Assembly (NCBI RefSeq): GCF_006345805.1
Contig: NC_043018.1
Span: 6,386,001 to 6,450,000, forward strand
DNA from: Octopus sinensis
Taxonomy: Eukaryota
Reading direction: 5' to 3'
Length of the DNA: 64,000 nt
Below the pieces are notes generated by a model. It made no database searches and had not been told where the DNA came from. It saw only the letters and a list, made by a program, of their open reading frames with translations. The translations under genes were made by a program, and so were the position numbers. Below, piece by piece: positions 1-11,924 of this stretch (within the stretch, counting starts at the first letter, position 1; each line of letters starts with the position of its first letter).

Positions 1-254
1 CGCCAACCACTCCTAGAGTGTAGTGGGTGCTTTTACATGCCACTGACACGAGTGCCAGTCAGGCAGTACTGGCAATGGCCACGCTCAAATGGTGTTTTTT
101 ACATGCCACCTACACAGGAGCCAGTCCAGCGGCACTGGCAATGACCTCGCTCGAATGTTTTTTCGCATGCCACCAGCACAAGTGCCAGTAAGGCAATGCT
201 GGTAATGATCACACTTGAATGGTGCTTTTTACATGCCAACGGCATGGAAGCCAG

Positions 255-255
<1 letters not shown>
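1..255 (-). mobile_element. RTE LINE 3' UTR fragment with about four ~62-bp internal units
   Basis: Matches the reverse complement of the 3' UTR of the RTE at 12512-14079 (cgccaaccactcc..gagtgtagtgggtgcttttt); runs off window start. Confidence 0.75.
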
Positions 256-291
<36 letters not shown>

Positions 292-371
292 TTGATGGCT
301 GTGTGGTACCAAAAGACAATCCAATTTTTTATCACTCAACGACTTTCTATTTCACCAGTGCATAGGTAAGA

Positions 372-560
372 CATCATCGTTTAATGTCCATTTTCCATGC
401 TGGCATAGGTTGAACGGTTTGACTGGAGTCTGGGAAGCCAGGAGGCTGCACCAGGCTCCAGTCTGATCTGGCAATGTTTCTACAGCTGGATGCCCTTCCT
501 AACACTGACCACTCTGAGAGTGTAGTGGGTGCTTTTTTTTACGTACCTCCGGCACAGGGG
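372..560 (-). mobile_element. RTE LINE 3' tail fragment
   Basis: catcatcgtttaatgtcc...cagctggatgcccttcctaac, same tail as 13900-14079. Confidence 0.8.
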
Positions 561-894
561 CCTGTCTCCTGCCTAGTACTCATTTCAGATCCCCAGTTTA
601 TCATTTCACTTTTCATTCTTTTCTTTCCTTCTAACTTCCTTCCCTCTACCCCATCTCTCTATCCTTCTCCTGAGCCTTTTCATTGTACCTTTGGAACACA
701 AGCACCACTATTTTCTCCCCTTTTTTTTGTCAGTTTTTGTCATGTAGTGTCCCACATTTTGAAATATTTGTAATTTGTATTTTTACTGCTTATGTTAGCT
801 CTGCTTGATACATTTCCAAAATTAAACATTTTAATACACAAAATATACTTCACATTATTACATATACTATGCATTAATGCAAAAAATATTGTGT

Positions 895-1381
895 TTATTG
901 GCTATCTTCAAAATGATCACACCATCAATGGAAAATTTCAATGCCAACTTCCTAAGGCAGTTATGAAAGGCTGTCAAGACCAAACACCCAGAAAAACTGA
1001 TGAATAGGGTCTTGTTTCATTAGGACAATGCTTCAGCACACAAGTCCTTGGTTTCAATGGCTGCTGTGTGTGACTGGCTTTGAACTGGTTGATCACCCTC
1101 CCTATGTTAGTGATTTGGTTCCTTCTGGTTATCATCTGTTTCCCAACATAGAAAAACACTCAGCTGAGCACCAGTATCACTATGATGAGAACATCTTATC
1201 TGTTGTTGATGACCATTTTGATCAACAGAAAAGCTTCTTCACCAGTGCGATCCAAGCACTGCAACTACTTATGGAAGTGTGTGGACAGTAAGAGGAACTA
1301 TGTTAGAAAATGAACTTCATCTGGTCACATTCCATTGAGAGTGTCTTGCTCAGATTATGAACATTTCAGCCGACCCTCATA
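895..1381 (+). mobile_element. mariner transposase 3' fragment plus right TIR (degenerate)
   Basis: Frameshifted VLFH*DNASAH, GFELVDHPPYVSDLVPSGYHLFPN (YSPDLAP region); ends acatttcagccgaccctcat-a. Confidence 0.8.
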
Positions 1382-1487
1382 ATAATAAAAATTATTATTA
1401 TATCTGCATTTGTTTTAATGTTAACATGGGAAAAATCCACGTTTTTCATAAAAAAATTAGGACCTGGGTTTGCACCCCCTTAGCAAA

Positions 1488-1905
1488 TTTTGTTCATCTC
1501 CTTCTTTGCCTCCTCTTCCTCCTCCTTCTGACCCTCCACCCCTTCCTTCTATCCACCTCCTTCCTTCCCTCCAATTCCTTCATTCCCTCGACCTCCTTCC
1601 TTTCTTCCACCTCCTTCCATCCCTTCCACCTCCTTCCCTCCCTCCTCCTCCTTCTGTCCCTCCACCCTTTCCTTCTCTCCACCTCCTTCCTTTCCTCCAC
1701 CCTTCTCTTCTCTCCACTTCCTTCATTCCTTCCACCTCCTTCCATCTCTCCACCTCCTTCCTTCCCTCCCTCCTCCTACTCCTTCTGTCTCTCCACCCTT
1801 TTCTTCCCTCTACCTGCTTCCTTCCCTCCACCTCCTTCCTTCCCTCCCTCCTCCTCCTTCTGTCCCTCCACCCTTTCCTCCACCTCCTTCCCGTCTCCTC
1901 CTCAT
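1488..1905. repeat. polypyrimidine (CCT/CCTT) low-complexity tract
   Basis: Almost exclusively C/T on + strand. Confidence 0.9.
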
Positions 1906-1944
1906 CATCATTGTTATCATCATTGTCACCATCATAGTCGTCAG

Positions 1945-2262
1945 CACCACCACCACCATCATGACTTAACACCTGTTTCCCATACTGGTGAACCAGGTAA
2001 CTGCATGATGCTCTATTGTCTGCTTTGTCATGCTTTCTACAGCTCAATGCCTTTTCTAATGTCAATCACTTTACAGAGTGGAATTGGTGCTTTTCACATG
2101 GTTCTGGCACTAATGGGATTACCAGGCAGATCACAAAACAAAATTTCCTCCAATGAGGAGCTACAGTATCAAGGGAAGTGGCTTTAAACTAGAAACGAGA
2201 GGTTAAGGTATGATAAAGGGACAAAAACAAGTGTCTTGCTGTAGGCGAGGTACACAGCTACC
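1945..2262 (-). mobile_element. old RTE 3' tail fragment
   Basis: Degenerate match to 2505-2948 and 3630-4050 (gtgtcttgctgtag...gtacacagctaccc). Confidence 0.55.
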
Positions 2263-2504
2263 CTAGTAGGAAGAAATGGCAGATGGTTGTGAAGGGGCAT
2301 CAGGGTGCAGCCTTAAGTTAGAGGAAGGTGAATAAAAGAGAAGTGGTATGGGTGGATAAGTAAGTTTGTGGGAGAGTAGGTGATGACTGGCAGATGGACC
2401 AAAGGGAATGCAGTGAGTGGTGAAGGAAGCAAAGTCAGTTGTGAGTATTTATTGGAGGAGAAGGTGGAGGATGAAGATGTGGATCAGAGAAGTAACAGGT
2501 CATC

Positions 2505-2948
2505 ACCATCATCATCATCATCATCATCATCATTTGGTGCCCGGTTTCCATGTTGGCATGGGTTGGACAGTTTGACAGGAACTGACAAGTCAGAAGACTA
2601 CACCAGGCTTCAGTGTCTGTTTTGGTAGGGTTTTTAGGACTGGATGCCCTTCCTAACCAACCACCCCACAGAGTGGACCGAGTGCTTTTTACATGGCTCC
2701 AGCACCACCGAGGTCTGTGTTGACATGGATTTTACTACTGGATGTCCTTCCAAATACCAAATACCACTTTGCAATGTGGACTGGATGCTTTTTATGTGGC
2801 ACCAGCACAGGCAGGGTCACCAAGTAACATGCAAGACAAAGATCATTTGAGAGGTTGGGTATTGGAGGAGGTGGCCTTGTACCAGGTGATGAGAAGTTAG
2901 AGTGTGACAGACGGATAGAAGCAGGTGTCTTGCTGTAGAGGATATACC
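2505..2948 (-). mobile_element. RTE 3' tail fragment
   Basis: (CAT)n tail, ccatgttggcatgggttggacag, ggatgcccttcctaa. Confidence 0.7.
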
Positions 2949-3047
2949 CATTCAGAGGTGGTAGCAATATTGTACTAATACACAACAATTCCTTGTTACT
3001 GTAAAATGCCTTGAAAACTACCACATAACATTTAGCTGCATAATAAA

Positions 3048-3586
3048 CTTCATTCTTGATCACTCTTTATTCTTGATCACTCTTCATTCTTGATCACTCT
3101 GCATTCTTGATCACTCTTCATTCTTGATTACTCCTCATTCTTGATCACTCTTCATTCTTGATTACTCTTCATTCTTGATCACTCTTCATTCTTGATCACT
3201 CTTCATTCTTGATTACTCTTCATTCTTGATTACTCTTCATTCTTGATCACTCTTCATTCTCGATCACTTTTCATTCTTGATTACTCTTCATTCTTGATCA
3301 CTCTTCATTCTCGATTACTCTTCATTCTTGATTACTCTTCATTCTTGATCACTCTTCATTCTTGATCACTCTTCATTCTTGATCACTCTTCATTCTTGAT
3401 TACTCTTCATTCTTGATTACTCTTCATTCTTGATCACTCTTCATTCTTGATTACTCTTCATTCTTGATTACTCTTCATTCTTGATCACTCTTCATTCTCA
3501 ATTACTCTTCATTCTTGATCACTCTTCATTCTTGAATACTCTTCATTCTTGATCACTCTTCATTCTTGATCACTCTTCATTCTTGA

Positions 3587-3592
<6 letters not shown>
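3048..3592. repeat. 17-bp minisatellite, about 32 copies (ctcttcattcttgat[c/t]a)
   Basis: Direct tandem repetition, followed by (CT)n to about 3627. Confidence 0.95.
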
Positions 3593-3627
<35 letters not shown>

Positions 3628-3629
3628 GT

Positions 3630-4050
3630 CCGGGTAACTATGTACCTCCTCTACAGCAAGACACCCATTTCTGTCTCTGTCACATTCTAACCTTGCATCA
3701 TTTGACCCCAGGTCACCTCCTCCAATGTCCCCAACCCTCTGAAAGGTTCTTTATCTTGCAAGTTGCTTGGTGACCCTGCCAGTGCTGGTGCCGCATAAAA
3801 GCATCCAATCCACACTGTGAAGTGGTTGGCATTTGGAAGGGCCTCCATCCAGTTGTAGAAACCATGCCAAAGCTGATCTCTTCTTGTGGAACCCACTGTC
3901 CACTCTGTGGAGTGGTTGGAAGGGCATCCAGCTGTAAAAACCTTGCCAAAACAGACACAAAAGCCTGGTGTAGTCTTCTGCCTGGCTGGCTCCTGTCAAC
4001 CTGTCCAACCCATGCCTGGATGGAAGGCAGACGTTAAACCATGATGATGT
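3630..4050 (+). mobile_element. RTE 3' tail fragment
   Basis: ggaagggcatccagctgtaaaaacc...gacgttaaaccatgatgatg. Confidence 0.75.
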
Positions 4051-4058
4051 GTAACATA

Positions 4059-4223
4059 GGTGCAGGAGTGGCTGTGTGGTAAGTAGCCTGTTTACCAACC
4101 ACATGGTTCCGGGTTCAGTTCCACTGCGTGGCACCTTGGGCAAGTGTCTTCTACTATAGCCTCGGGCCGACCAAAGCCTTGTGAGTGGATTTGGTAGACG
4201 GAAACTGAAAGAAGCCCGTCGTA

Positions 4224-4263
<40 letters not shown>

Positions 4264-4470
4264 TGTGTGTGTTTGTGTGTCTGTGTTTGTCCCCCTAGCA
4301 TTGCTTGACAACCGATGCTGGTGTGTTTATGTCCCCGTCACTTAGCGGTTCGGCAAAAGAGACCGATAGAATAAGTACTGGGCTTACAAAAGAATAAGTC
4401 CCGGGGTCGATTTGCTCGACTAAAGGTGGTGCTCCAGCATGGCCGCAGTCAAGTAAGAGAGTAAAGAGTA
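4059..4470 (+). mobile_element. SINE family A (tRNA-like head, CORE-like ccttgggcaag, internal (TA)n/(TG)n, gtaaaagag tail)
   Basis: A box gctgtgtggtaag, B box gggttcagttcc; more than 12 related copies in window. Confidence 0.85.
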
Positions 4471-4739
4471 TAAGGTTGCCATGGTGGTGATGATGATGAT
4501 GATGGTGGTGTTGGTGTTGGTGATGACAATGTCGACAACGTCAATGACAATGACAACAACAGAGTTTCCAAAGTCTTCATTTTTGACATTTTATTCCATG
4601 TTTCACCCAAACCAAAATCTTCAAAGCTACTCCGAAAGAAGTGGTTTTTATTTTGTTTTATTTTACTTTTTTTTTGTTCTTTCTTTTTTCTCATCTTAGA
4701 ATTGTTGTTACCCCCATTATTTTCCCTAGCATTACTCAT

Positions 4740-5560
4740 GTTCCATCCAGTGTTTACATTACCATTCTTTGAAGGTCAAGATTCTTGTTGTAGACACAAA
4801 AAATTTTTTATTGCTTCCTCAACAATCCTGAAATTGTCACTAGCAGTTTACATCAAAATACCAGCAAATACAGTCTTATAAAAGATTTTCATTTCCTGGT
4901 CTGTATTTGACATAGAATATTACCATTTTTTCAATGGTTAATATTAGTATTTTGATCAACAATCAACACGAAGAATGCAGATTTCCTCAACTCTTTGAAC
5001 AACAACACTGATGTATTCAACAAATTTCAAAGCATAGTTCTTGTCATGACAACTTTGAGGAATATTCACATATTTGGCCAAGTGTAAATTAATTCCTTGA
5101 ATAGGATGCATTGAAGTATTCATTTCAACTGCTGGAATAACATTATCCACAAGAACTATAAGCAAAGCTGCTCTCAATTTCTTCTTCCAGGCCTCTTGTA
5201 CTACTCCAGATTTTCGCTCAATTGGAGTTTCTGTTAGTATTCTAAAAATAGTTCCTTCCTTTAGGTTTCCAAATTTGCTTCTAGCATCCAGATGACGATA
5301 TTGGTTGAAATGCCATTTTAATAATCCAACTCCCATACTAACTGATTCTTCTCTGAGGTATATTTGCTTTGACACAAATTCTAATACATAACATCATCAA
5401 CATCTTAATATATTCCATTCTGTTTTTAACCTGAAGATGGTTATGCAGTTTCTCCAAAATGTCAACGTCAGTCTTGTTTGAAATTGGAGACCTTTTTGAG
5501 AGATTTCCTGGATTCTTTGCAAGCTTGCATTGAATTTGTGACAAAATTTCTTCTGTCATG
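4740..5560 (-). other. unassigned degenerate coding-like segment
   Basis: Consecutive minus-strand ORFs of 73 and 139 aa with protein-like composition; no family recognised. Confidence 0.25.
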
Positions 5561-5692
5561 TAACGTTAATGTGAATTTCATTCAAAGGTCAAGACAGTAA
5601 CACAGTGACACACGCACGCACGCACGCACACACACACACATACACACACACACACACATGCACACACACACACACAAAACGGAATTCTTTTG

Positions 5693-5835
5693 GTTTCTGA
5701 ATGCCAAACTCACTCACAAGGCAGTGGTTGGCCTGAGGCTGTAGAAGATGACTCTTGCTCAATGTGTCATGCAGTAGGAACTGAACCCAAGACCATGTGT
5801 TTTGGAAGCAAACTTCTTACCACACAGCCATGCCC
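5693..5835 (-). mobile_element. SINE A 5' half (old)
   Basis: ggaactgaacccaagaccatgtg...cttaccacacagcc. Confidence 0.7.
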
Positions 5836-6140
5836 TTACACAACACACACACACACACACAACACACACACTCACACATCATCATCATTTAATGCCCATC
5901 CTTTTTTTCTTTTACTTGTTTCAGTCATTTGATTGTGGCCATGCTGGAACACCATCTTGAAGGAATTTTAGTCAAAGAAATCAACCCCAGTACTTAATTT
6001 TTAAAGTTAGGTACATATTCTATCGTTCCCTTTTGCCAAACCACTAAGTTATGGGGACATAAACACACCAACACTGGTTGTCAAGCAGAAATGATTGGAC
6101 AAACACTGATGCAATGACAAACAGATATAGACATTCAAAA

Positions 6141-6350
6141 TGTGGCCGCGTGCATACCGTTGGCGATTTTTTTTCCTCTGTCTTCCCTTCTCTGGATCTT
6201 TCCTTTTCCTATGTTTCTGGCAAAGAGCTCCACTCGAAACGTTAAACCCTCCTTCTTCCCTTCCTTCCTGAGCGTCCAATAACACTATACTTGTTCCACG
6301 TCCTCGCGTTGTTGTGTTTTCTCTTTGTGTTTTCATGTTTGGATTAACTT
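6141..6350 (+). mobile_element. Penelope-like terminal repeat fragment ending in (TA)n
   Basis: Near-identical to 14241-14446 and related to 22770-22935, which follows a PLE GIY-YIG ORF. Confidence 0.65.
6213..6247 (+). ncRNA. minimal hammerhead ribozyme motif, degenerate core
   Basis: GUUU-CUGGCAA-A-GAG CUCCA CUC-GAAA-CG-UU-AAAC; A6 and G8 mutated. Confidence 0.5.
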
Positions 6351-6555
6351 TATATATATATATATATATATATATACATGTGATGGGCTTCTTTTAGTTT
6401 TCACCTACCAATTCCATTCACAAGGCTTTCGTCGACCCAAGGCTATAGTAAAAGATACTCGCCCAAGGAGCTATGCAGTGGGACTGAACCTGGAAACATG
6501 TGGTTGGGAAGCAAGCTTCTTACCACGCAGCCACTTCTATACACACACACACACA

Positions 6556-6938
6556 TAAAAGATTTTGGTGACCCCATAAAAGATTATGTAATTCAAAATA
6601 TAAACAATAACAAACCATAAAATAATTTTTTTCATTTTTCAAAACGAAACAAAACAGTAAGAGGGAAAATAATGTTTATTTTTGTATACTTCCACTTTAT
6701 TTATATTTGAAAAGTTTCCTCCTACATTTTTTGAATTGCAAAGTCTTTGATCAGATCCTCAAAATTAATCTTAGGTAACACATCTACATCTATACTTAGT
6801 AGAGATAAAGGTATCCTGAATATTATTTTAGCGAGTTTAAAGTGATTTCTTTCGTGCGGTAGACCATATACCATTTCTGTGGTTCCCCCTCCTTCCCTTA
6901 ATGCCCTAAGCACAAGCCTAATGGTTAATCCAGCGCTG
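6556..6938 (-). mobile_element. non-autonomous hAT element with transposase C-terminal remnant
   Basis: TIR cagcgctggattaacc; minus-strand LSLLSIDVDVLPKINFEDLIKDFAIQK resembles the end of the hAT dimerisation domain; homologous to 25094-26809. Confidence 0.7.
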
Positions 6939-7391
6939 TGTGTATGTATGTATGTATGTATGTATGTATGTATGTGTGTGTGTGTGTATGTATGTATATA
7001 TGTATGTATGTATGTATGTATATATGTGTGTGTGTGTATGTATGTATATATGTATGTATGTATGTGTATGTATATATGTATGTATGTGTATGTATGTATG
7101 TACGTATGTATGTATATTCTTATGCCATAAGATTCATAAGGCTGGTTTCCTGGTTTCCATGGCATATAAAAGACTGATGTTGCAACCTTCCTCTAAATGG
7201 AATTCCAGTCCATTGCAATGTGCAGGTACATGAACGGTTATTTTAAATGAGGCTATATATAATATATGTATACAAACACACACACACATATATTTGTATA
7301 CATATATATATATATGTATACAGGTGTATATATGTATATACATATATATATATGTATACAAATATATATATATGTGTGTATAAATACATAC

Positions 7392-7438
<47 letters not shown>

Positions 7439-7448
7439 CATACATACA
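6938..7448. repeat. (TATG)n and (TA)n/(TACA)n microsatellites
   Basis: Two tracts, 6938-7115 and 7255-7448. Confidence 0.9.
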
Positions 7449-7450
7449 TA

Positions 7451-8062
7451 GGTGCAGGCGTGGCTGTGTGGTAAAAAGCTTGCTTCCCAAACACATGGTT
7501 CTGGGTTCAATCCCCTGTGTGGCATTTTGGGCAATTCTTTTCTACTCTAGGCACAAGGCCCGAAATTTTGGAGGAGAGGGCCAGTTGATTAGATCGACTC
7601 CAGTATGCAACTGGTACTTAATTTATCGACCTCTGAAAGGATGAAAGGCAAAGCCGACCTCGGCGGAATTTGAACTCAGAACATAAAGACAGACGAAATA
7701 CCGCTAAGCATTTCACATGGTGTGCTAAGGCATCTGCCAGCTCGCCGATCTCATCTACTATAGCCTTGAGCCAACCAAAGCCTTGTGAGAGGGTTTGGTA
7801 GATGGAAACTGGAAGAAGCCCATCATATACAAACATACATACATACATATATATACATATATATATATGTATATATTTATGTTTGTGTTTTTGTGTCTGT
7901 GTTTGTCCCTCCCCACCATCGCTTGACAACCAATGTTGGTGTGTTTACATCTCCAAAACTTAACAGTTCGGCAAGTTGGTTTCTTAAACTAAAAGGTGGC
8001 GCTCCAGCATGGCACCTATCAAATGACTGAAACAAGTAAAAGAGTAAAAGAGTAAAGAGTAT
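7451..8062 (+). mobile_element. SINE A split by a SINE B insertion
   Basis: Head 7451-7545, resumes at about 7752 (tctactatagcc). Confidence 0.8.
7546..7746 (-). mobile_element. SINE family B (tRNA-like head gagctggcagaaacgttagc, B box gagttcaaattcc), tail type 2
   Basis: Reverse complement of the family consensus. Confidence 0.85.
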
Positions 8063-8161
8063 ATATATATTAATAATAAAATGGCAACAAAAGAATGAAT
8101 GAGACCTTGATATTATGTAAATAGAGGAATTCATGTATGTGCATGTGTGTGTGTGAATGTA

Positions 8162-8223
<62 letters not shown>

Positions 8224-8744
8224 CATATACATACACACACACACGCATAACCGCGAAGTAAATAGACACCGTTATAATCGTTAAAATTTATTTAAATCTG
8301 AAATTATACATTCAAATTATTTATTGATTATTATAATCTGAATATCTAATATTCAGTAGACACACCCTTTTGCATTTTTCAATGCAAGGACTTCATTAGA
8401 CATGCTACTGATCAAATGACGAATATTCGCTTCAGGAATTTCTTGCCAAGTTTCATGTAGTAATCTCAAAAGATTTGGCTCTGAGGAGGCTTCTTGCTCT
8501 TTTTACAAAATGTCCTGTCCATTGTGCCTCAGATGTGTTCAATAGGATTCATATCTGGTGACTAGCTTGGCCATGGAAGCTTTTTAATGTCATTCTCTTC
8601 CAACCAATCATGGGTTTTTTTTAGATGTGTTACAAGAAGTCCCATCTTCCATAAATAATCATTTTACCACTGGAGAAGACTGGAATGAATCCCTTTTGCA
8701 ATATGAACATATATTTATTTGAGTTTATGTTTCCCTCACACTCC

Positions 8745-9090
8745 ACCAGCTCTGATTCACAGTTGGAGGATCGCGGTTTCGATTCCCAGACCGGGCATTG
8801 TGTGTGTTTATTGAGCAAAAACACCTAAAGCTCCACGAAGCTCCGGCAGGGGGTGGTGGCGACCCCTGTTGTACTCTTTCGCTCCAACCTTCTCTCACTC
8901 TTTCTTCCTGTTTCTAGTCCCCGACTTCCTACGCAACCACTGAGCCTGGATGCACATTCATCCATCCGTCGATGCTCTCGGTGTCGGGGGTTGACCTGCT
9001 TTCTCTTCTGCGGGTCTTATGAATAGCAAAGGACCACGTTTTGAACTACTCCCACTGGGACGAAGACCACTTCACTCAACAAACAAACAA
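8745..9090 (+). mobile_element. SINE family C (5'-damaged), (CAAA)n tail
   Basis: Homologous to 23331-23733; B box ggtttcgattccc. Confidence 0.8.
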
Positions 9091-9582
9091 ACCAGCTCTG
9101 ATCAACCATTGCTCCAAATTGCTCCGCAGACCATCACAGAATAGCCACTGTGTTTCATTGCTGGCTGCAATCTTTTCACATCAAATTCTTGACTCCAAAG
9201 TCTCTAGACCCACACTCAACTGCTGTCAGAAAATACAGCAAATCTGAACTCATCACAGAATATGGCAGCGTCCCAAAATGCTGGTGGCCTCTTCACCATC
9301 TCACTGGCCTAAACTCTTCTCCACTTGATATTGGCTTGTCAAAGAAGTGGCTTCCTTCTTGCTGCTCTGCCATAGTAACCAAGTTTGTAGAGATACTTGA
9401 CATCAACTTTTTCTGCTATGTTAAAGGCCTTGCAACAAGAATTATCCTACACACTTCTCTTAACAAAGTGAAGGGTCCTGTCAGAGGGCCCTGGTCAACC
9501 TGGGTGAGGTGATGTGGACTCCTTCCCTTCTCTGGTGAATTGCACAGTCACTCTATTAACTGTAAAAATTAGGACTCCAAAA

Positions 9583-9981
9583 GGTGGTGAGCTGGCAGAA
9601 ACGTTAGCACGCTGGGCAAAATGCTTAGCAGTATTTCATCTGCCATTACGTTCTGAGGTCGACTTTGCCTTTCATCCTTTAGGGGTTGATAAATTAAGTA
9701 CCAGTTATGCACTGGGGTCGATATAATCAACTTAATTCGTTTGTCTGTCCTTGTTTGTCCTCTCTGTGTTTAGCCCCTTGTGGGTAGTAAAGAAATAGGT
9801 ATTTCATCTGCCATTATGTTCTGAGTTCAAATTCCGCCGAGGTCGACTTTGCTTTTTATCCTTTCGGGGTCGATAAATTAAGTACCAGTTACACACTGGG
9901 GTCTATGTAATCGACTTAATCCCTTTGTCTGTCCTTGTTTGTCCCCTCTATGTTTAGCCCCTAGTGGGCAATAAAGAAATA
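9583..9981 (+). mobile_element. SINE B head-to-tail dimer
   Basis: Second unit starts ggtatttc at 9798, directly after gtaaagaaata. Confidence 0.9.
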
Positions 9982-10310
9982 AGAAACAGGGACCCCAAAG
10001 TTTTCTGTGATTTTACACTGGCAGAGTTCACTTTCAGACTAGCTGACAATACGGCCTCTTTGAAATTCAAACAGTTCTAAGGGTTCTTTTGCATGTGTTA
10101 TGATTAAACAGTCACATATAGAAATTGAACTATAAAAATGTCAATTAACAAAAAAATATATATTTTTTCAAGTTGAAATAAACATAAAACGATGTTTATG
10201 GGGTGTCTATTTACTTCTGTCATGTCTGTGTATATCTACGTGGTCTGATCAATAAGTATCCAGACTGCTGCCATAGTAACTTCAAGGAATAAGGACAGTG
10301 GCCGAAGTTA

Positions 10311-10686
10311 TCTCTATATATATAAACGGCAAAATGTCTGTCTGTGTGTGTGTATGCGTGTCCTTTATACAAATCCACAATTTTTCAGTTAGAGGGCTCG
10401 CACTTTCTATGGTCATTCAAAACCGTCCAAGGGTGGTCGTGCACATCTTTACATTTCCCCAGTCAGCCTGCAAAGCCATTAAAAAATCAATAGAAGTGAC
10501 TTTTTTGTGAATTTTCTATCCAAAACCCAATCAAAATGCCCGAAACTTGATACGCCAATTGAATGCCAGCTAGCAGTATGTGATTGGTTGGAGATTTGGA
10601 CAGTACTCGCGTGTATGTGTGCACACACGCAGCTGTATATGCATGCTCTAGCACTATGACCCAGCAACGCCAGGTCAAAGTGCTAG
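10311..10686 (+). mobile_element. non-autonomous Helitron
   Basis: A|TC start (tctctatatatataaa), subterminal hairpin gacccagcaacgccaggtc at 10658-10676, CTAG|T end. Confidence 0.8.
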
Positions 10687-10809
10687 TAGATCATATATTT
10701 TATTTACTGTTCCATATAACCATTAACTAACCATGATGGGTAGGTGTGTATAATACAAGTTGGAAAGTATGTGAGGTAAAGCGTTAATTTTTCCTTGTAT
10801 GAGTGTGCA

Positions 10810-11210
10810 TAATCCTTTCTACAATAGGCACAAGGCCTGACATTTTGGGAGAGGGGACTAGTCAATTACATTGACCCCCAGTGTTTCACTGGTACTTAAT
10901 TAATCGACTCCGAAAAGATGAGAAGGCAAAGTAACCTTGGCGGAATTTGAACTCAGAATATAGCAACAGACGAAATATCTATTTCTTTACTACCCACAAG
11001 GGGCTAAACTCAGAAGGGACAAACAAGGACAGACAAACAGATTAAGTCGATTATATCGACCCCAGTGCGTAACTGGTACTTAATTTATTGACCCCGAAAG
11101 GATAAAAGGCAAAGTTGACCTCAGCGGAATTTGAACTCAGAACGTAATGGCAGACAAAATACCGCTAAGCATTCCGGCCGGCGTGCTAACGATTCTGCCA
11201 GCTCACCACC
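10810..11210 (-). mobile_element. SINE B dimer (tail 1 unit then tail 2 unit)
   Basis: Junction gacgaaatatc|tatttctttac at about 10980. Confidence 0.85.
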
Positions 11211-11365
11211 TTAATGAGTGTATAAAATGTTCTTGTCATTCTAGCAGCAGGAAAAAGATAGACAGAGTAATGTTTGCTAGAACGGCGTTGGTGATCAAAT
11301 GAGAGATTGGAGAGGGAAGTGAAACCTCATAACGGCCTATTGCTTTCTCTCTCATTCAGTCTGTT

Positions 11366-11490
11366 TGCCTCAGGTGGTCTGCCTGCCTCAGGTGGTCTGC
11401 TTGCCTTAGGTGGTCTGCTTGCCTCAGGTGTCTGCCTGCCTCAGGTGGTCTGCTTGACTCAGGTGGTCTGCCTGCCTCAGATGGTCTGCT
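11366..11490. repeat. 18-bp minisatellite, 7 copies (tgcctcaggtggtctgc[c/t])
   Basis: Direct tandem repeat. Confidence 0.9.
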
Positions 11491-11613
11491 TAGAACTACC
11501 TGTATTTATAAGAATGTAGGCCAGCCAGAAAAAGAGATCTATCATTTAAACAATGGATAAATTAACGTAGGTCACTCTTTATCTACTTCAACTTTTCATG
11601 GCACAAAAAAAAG

Positions 11614-11786
11614 GGTTGTAACTTCGGTATAGGTACCGGAAGTACCGGATACATTTCAAGAAAGTGTTTTTTCTCTATATTTATGGGGGGATAGGGTTAG
11701 GGGTGGGAGAAAAGGGTTTCTGTTATCTTCAGAAATGTAAACAAAGCCACTTCCGGTACTCACGGTACCTATATCGAAGGATTGCC
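11614..11786. mobile_element. Merlin-type MITE, second family
   Basis: GG..CC termini, TIR core cttcg[g/a]tataggtacc; 8-bp flanking duplication aaaaaaag; shares the ggttaggggtggg..cttcagaaatgtaaa core with the larger MITE family. Confidence 0.55.
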
Positions 11787-11924
11787 AAAAAAAGGTTTAG
11801 AGTTAAGTGGAAAACACATAAATCTGCATTCTTCCTTGACAGAACAATAGGCCATTTTGCTAGGAAGAATTTCTAGATCCGATTTTGAATCTCAGGTAGG
11901 ACCAAATGAGATCTCTACAATTTC

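Larger units (their letters stand above)
5908..6538 (-). mobile_element. SINE A interrupted in its microsatellite by a PLE terminal fragment
   Basis: 3' half 5908-6135, 5' half 6380-6538. Confidence 0.75.
8240..10230 (-). mobile_element. degenerate Tc1-like transposon with both TIRs, carrying SINE insertions
   Basis: TIRs ..gaagtaaatagacacc at about 8240-8280 and 10190-10230; minus-strand [45 protein letters not shown]. Confidence 0.8.

Noticed and set aside
1357-2187. 276-aa Ser/Pro/Leu-rich ORF
   Set aside because: Artefact of the polypyrimidine tract.
3048-3592. CRISPR-like or coding repeat
   Set aside because: Spacer-free 17-bp minisatellite whose period is not a multiple of three.
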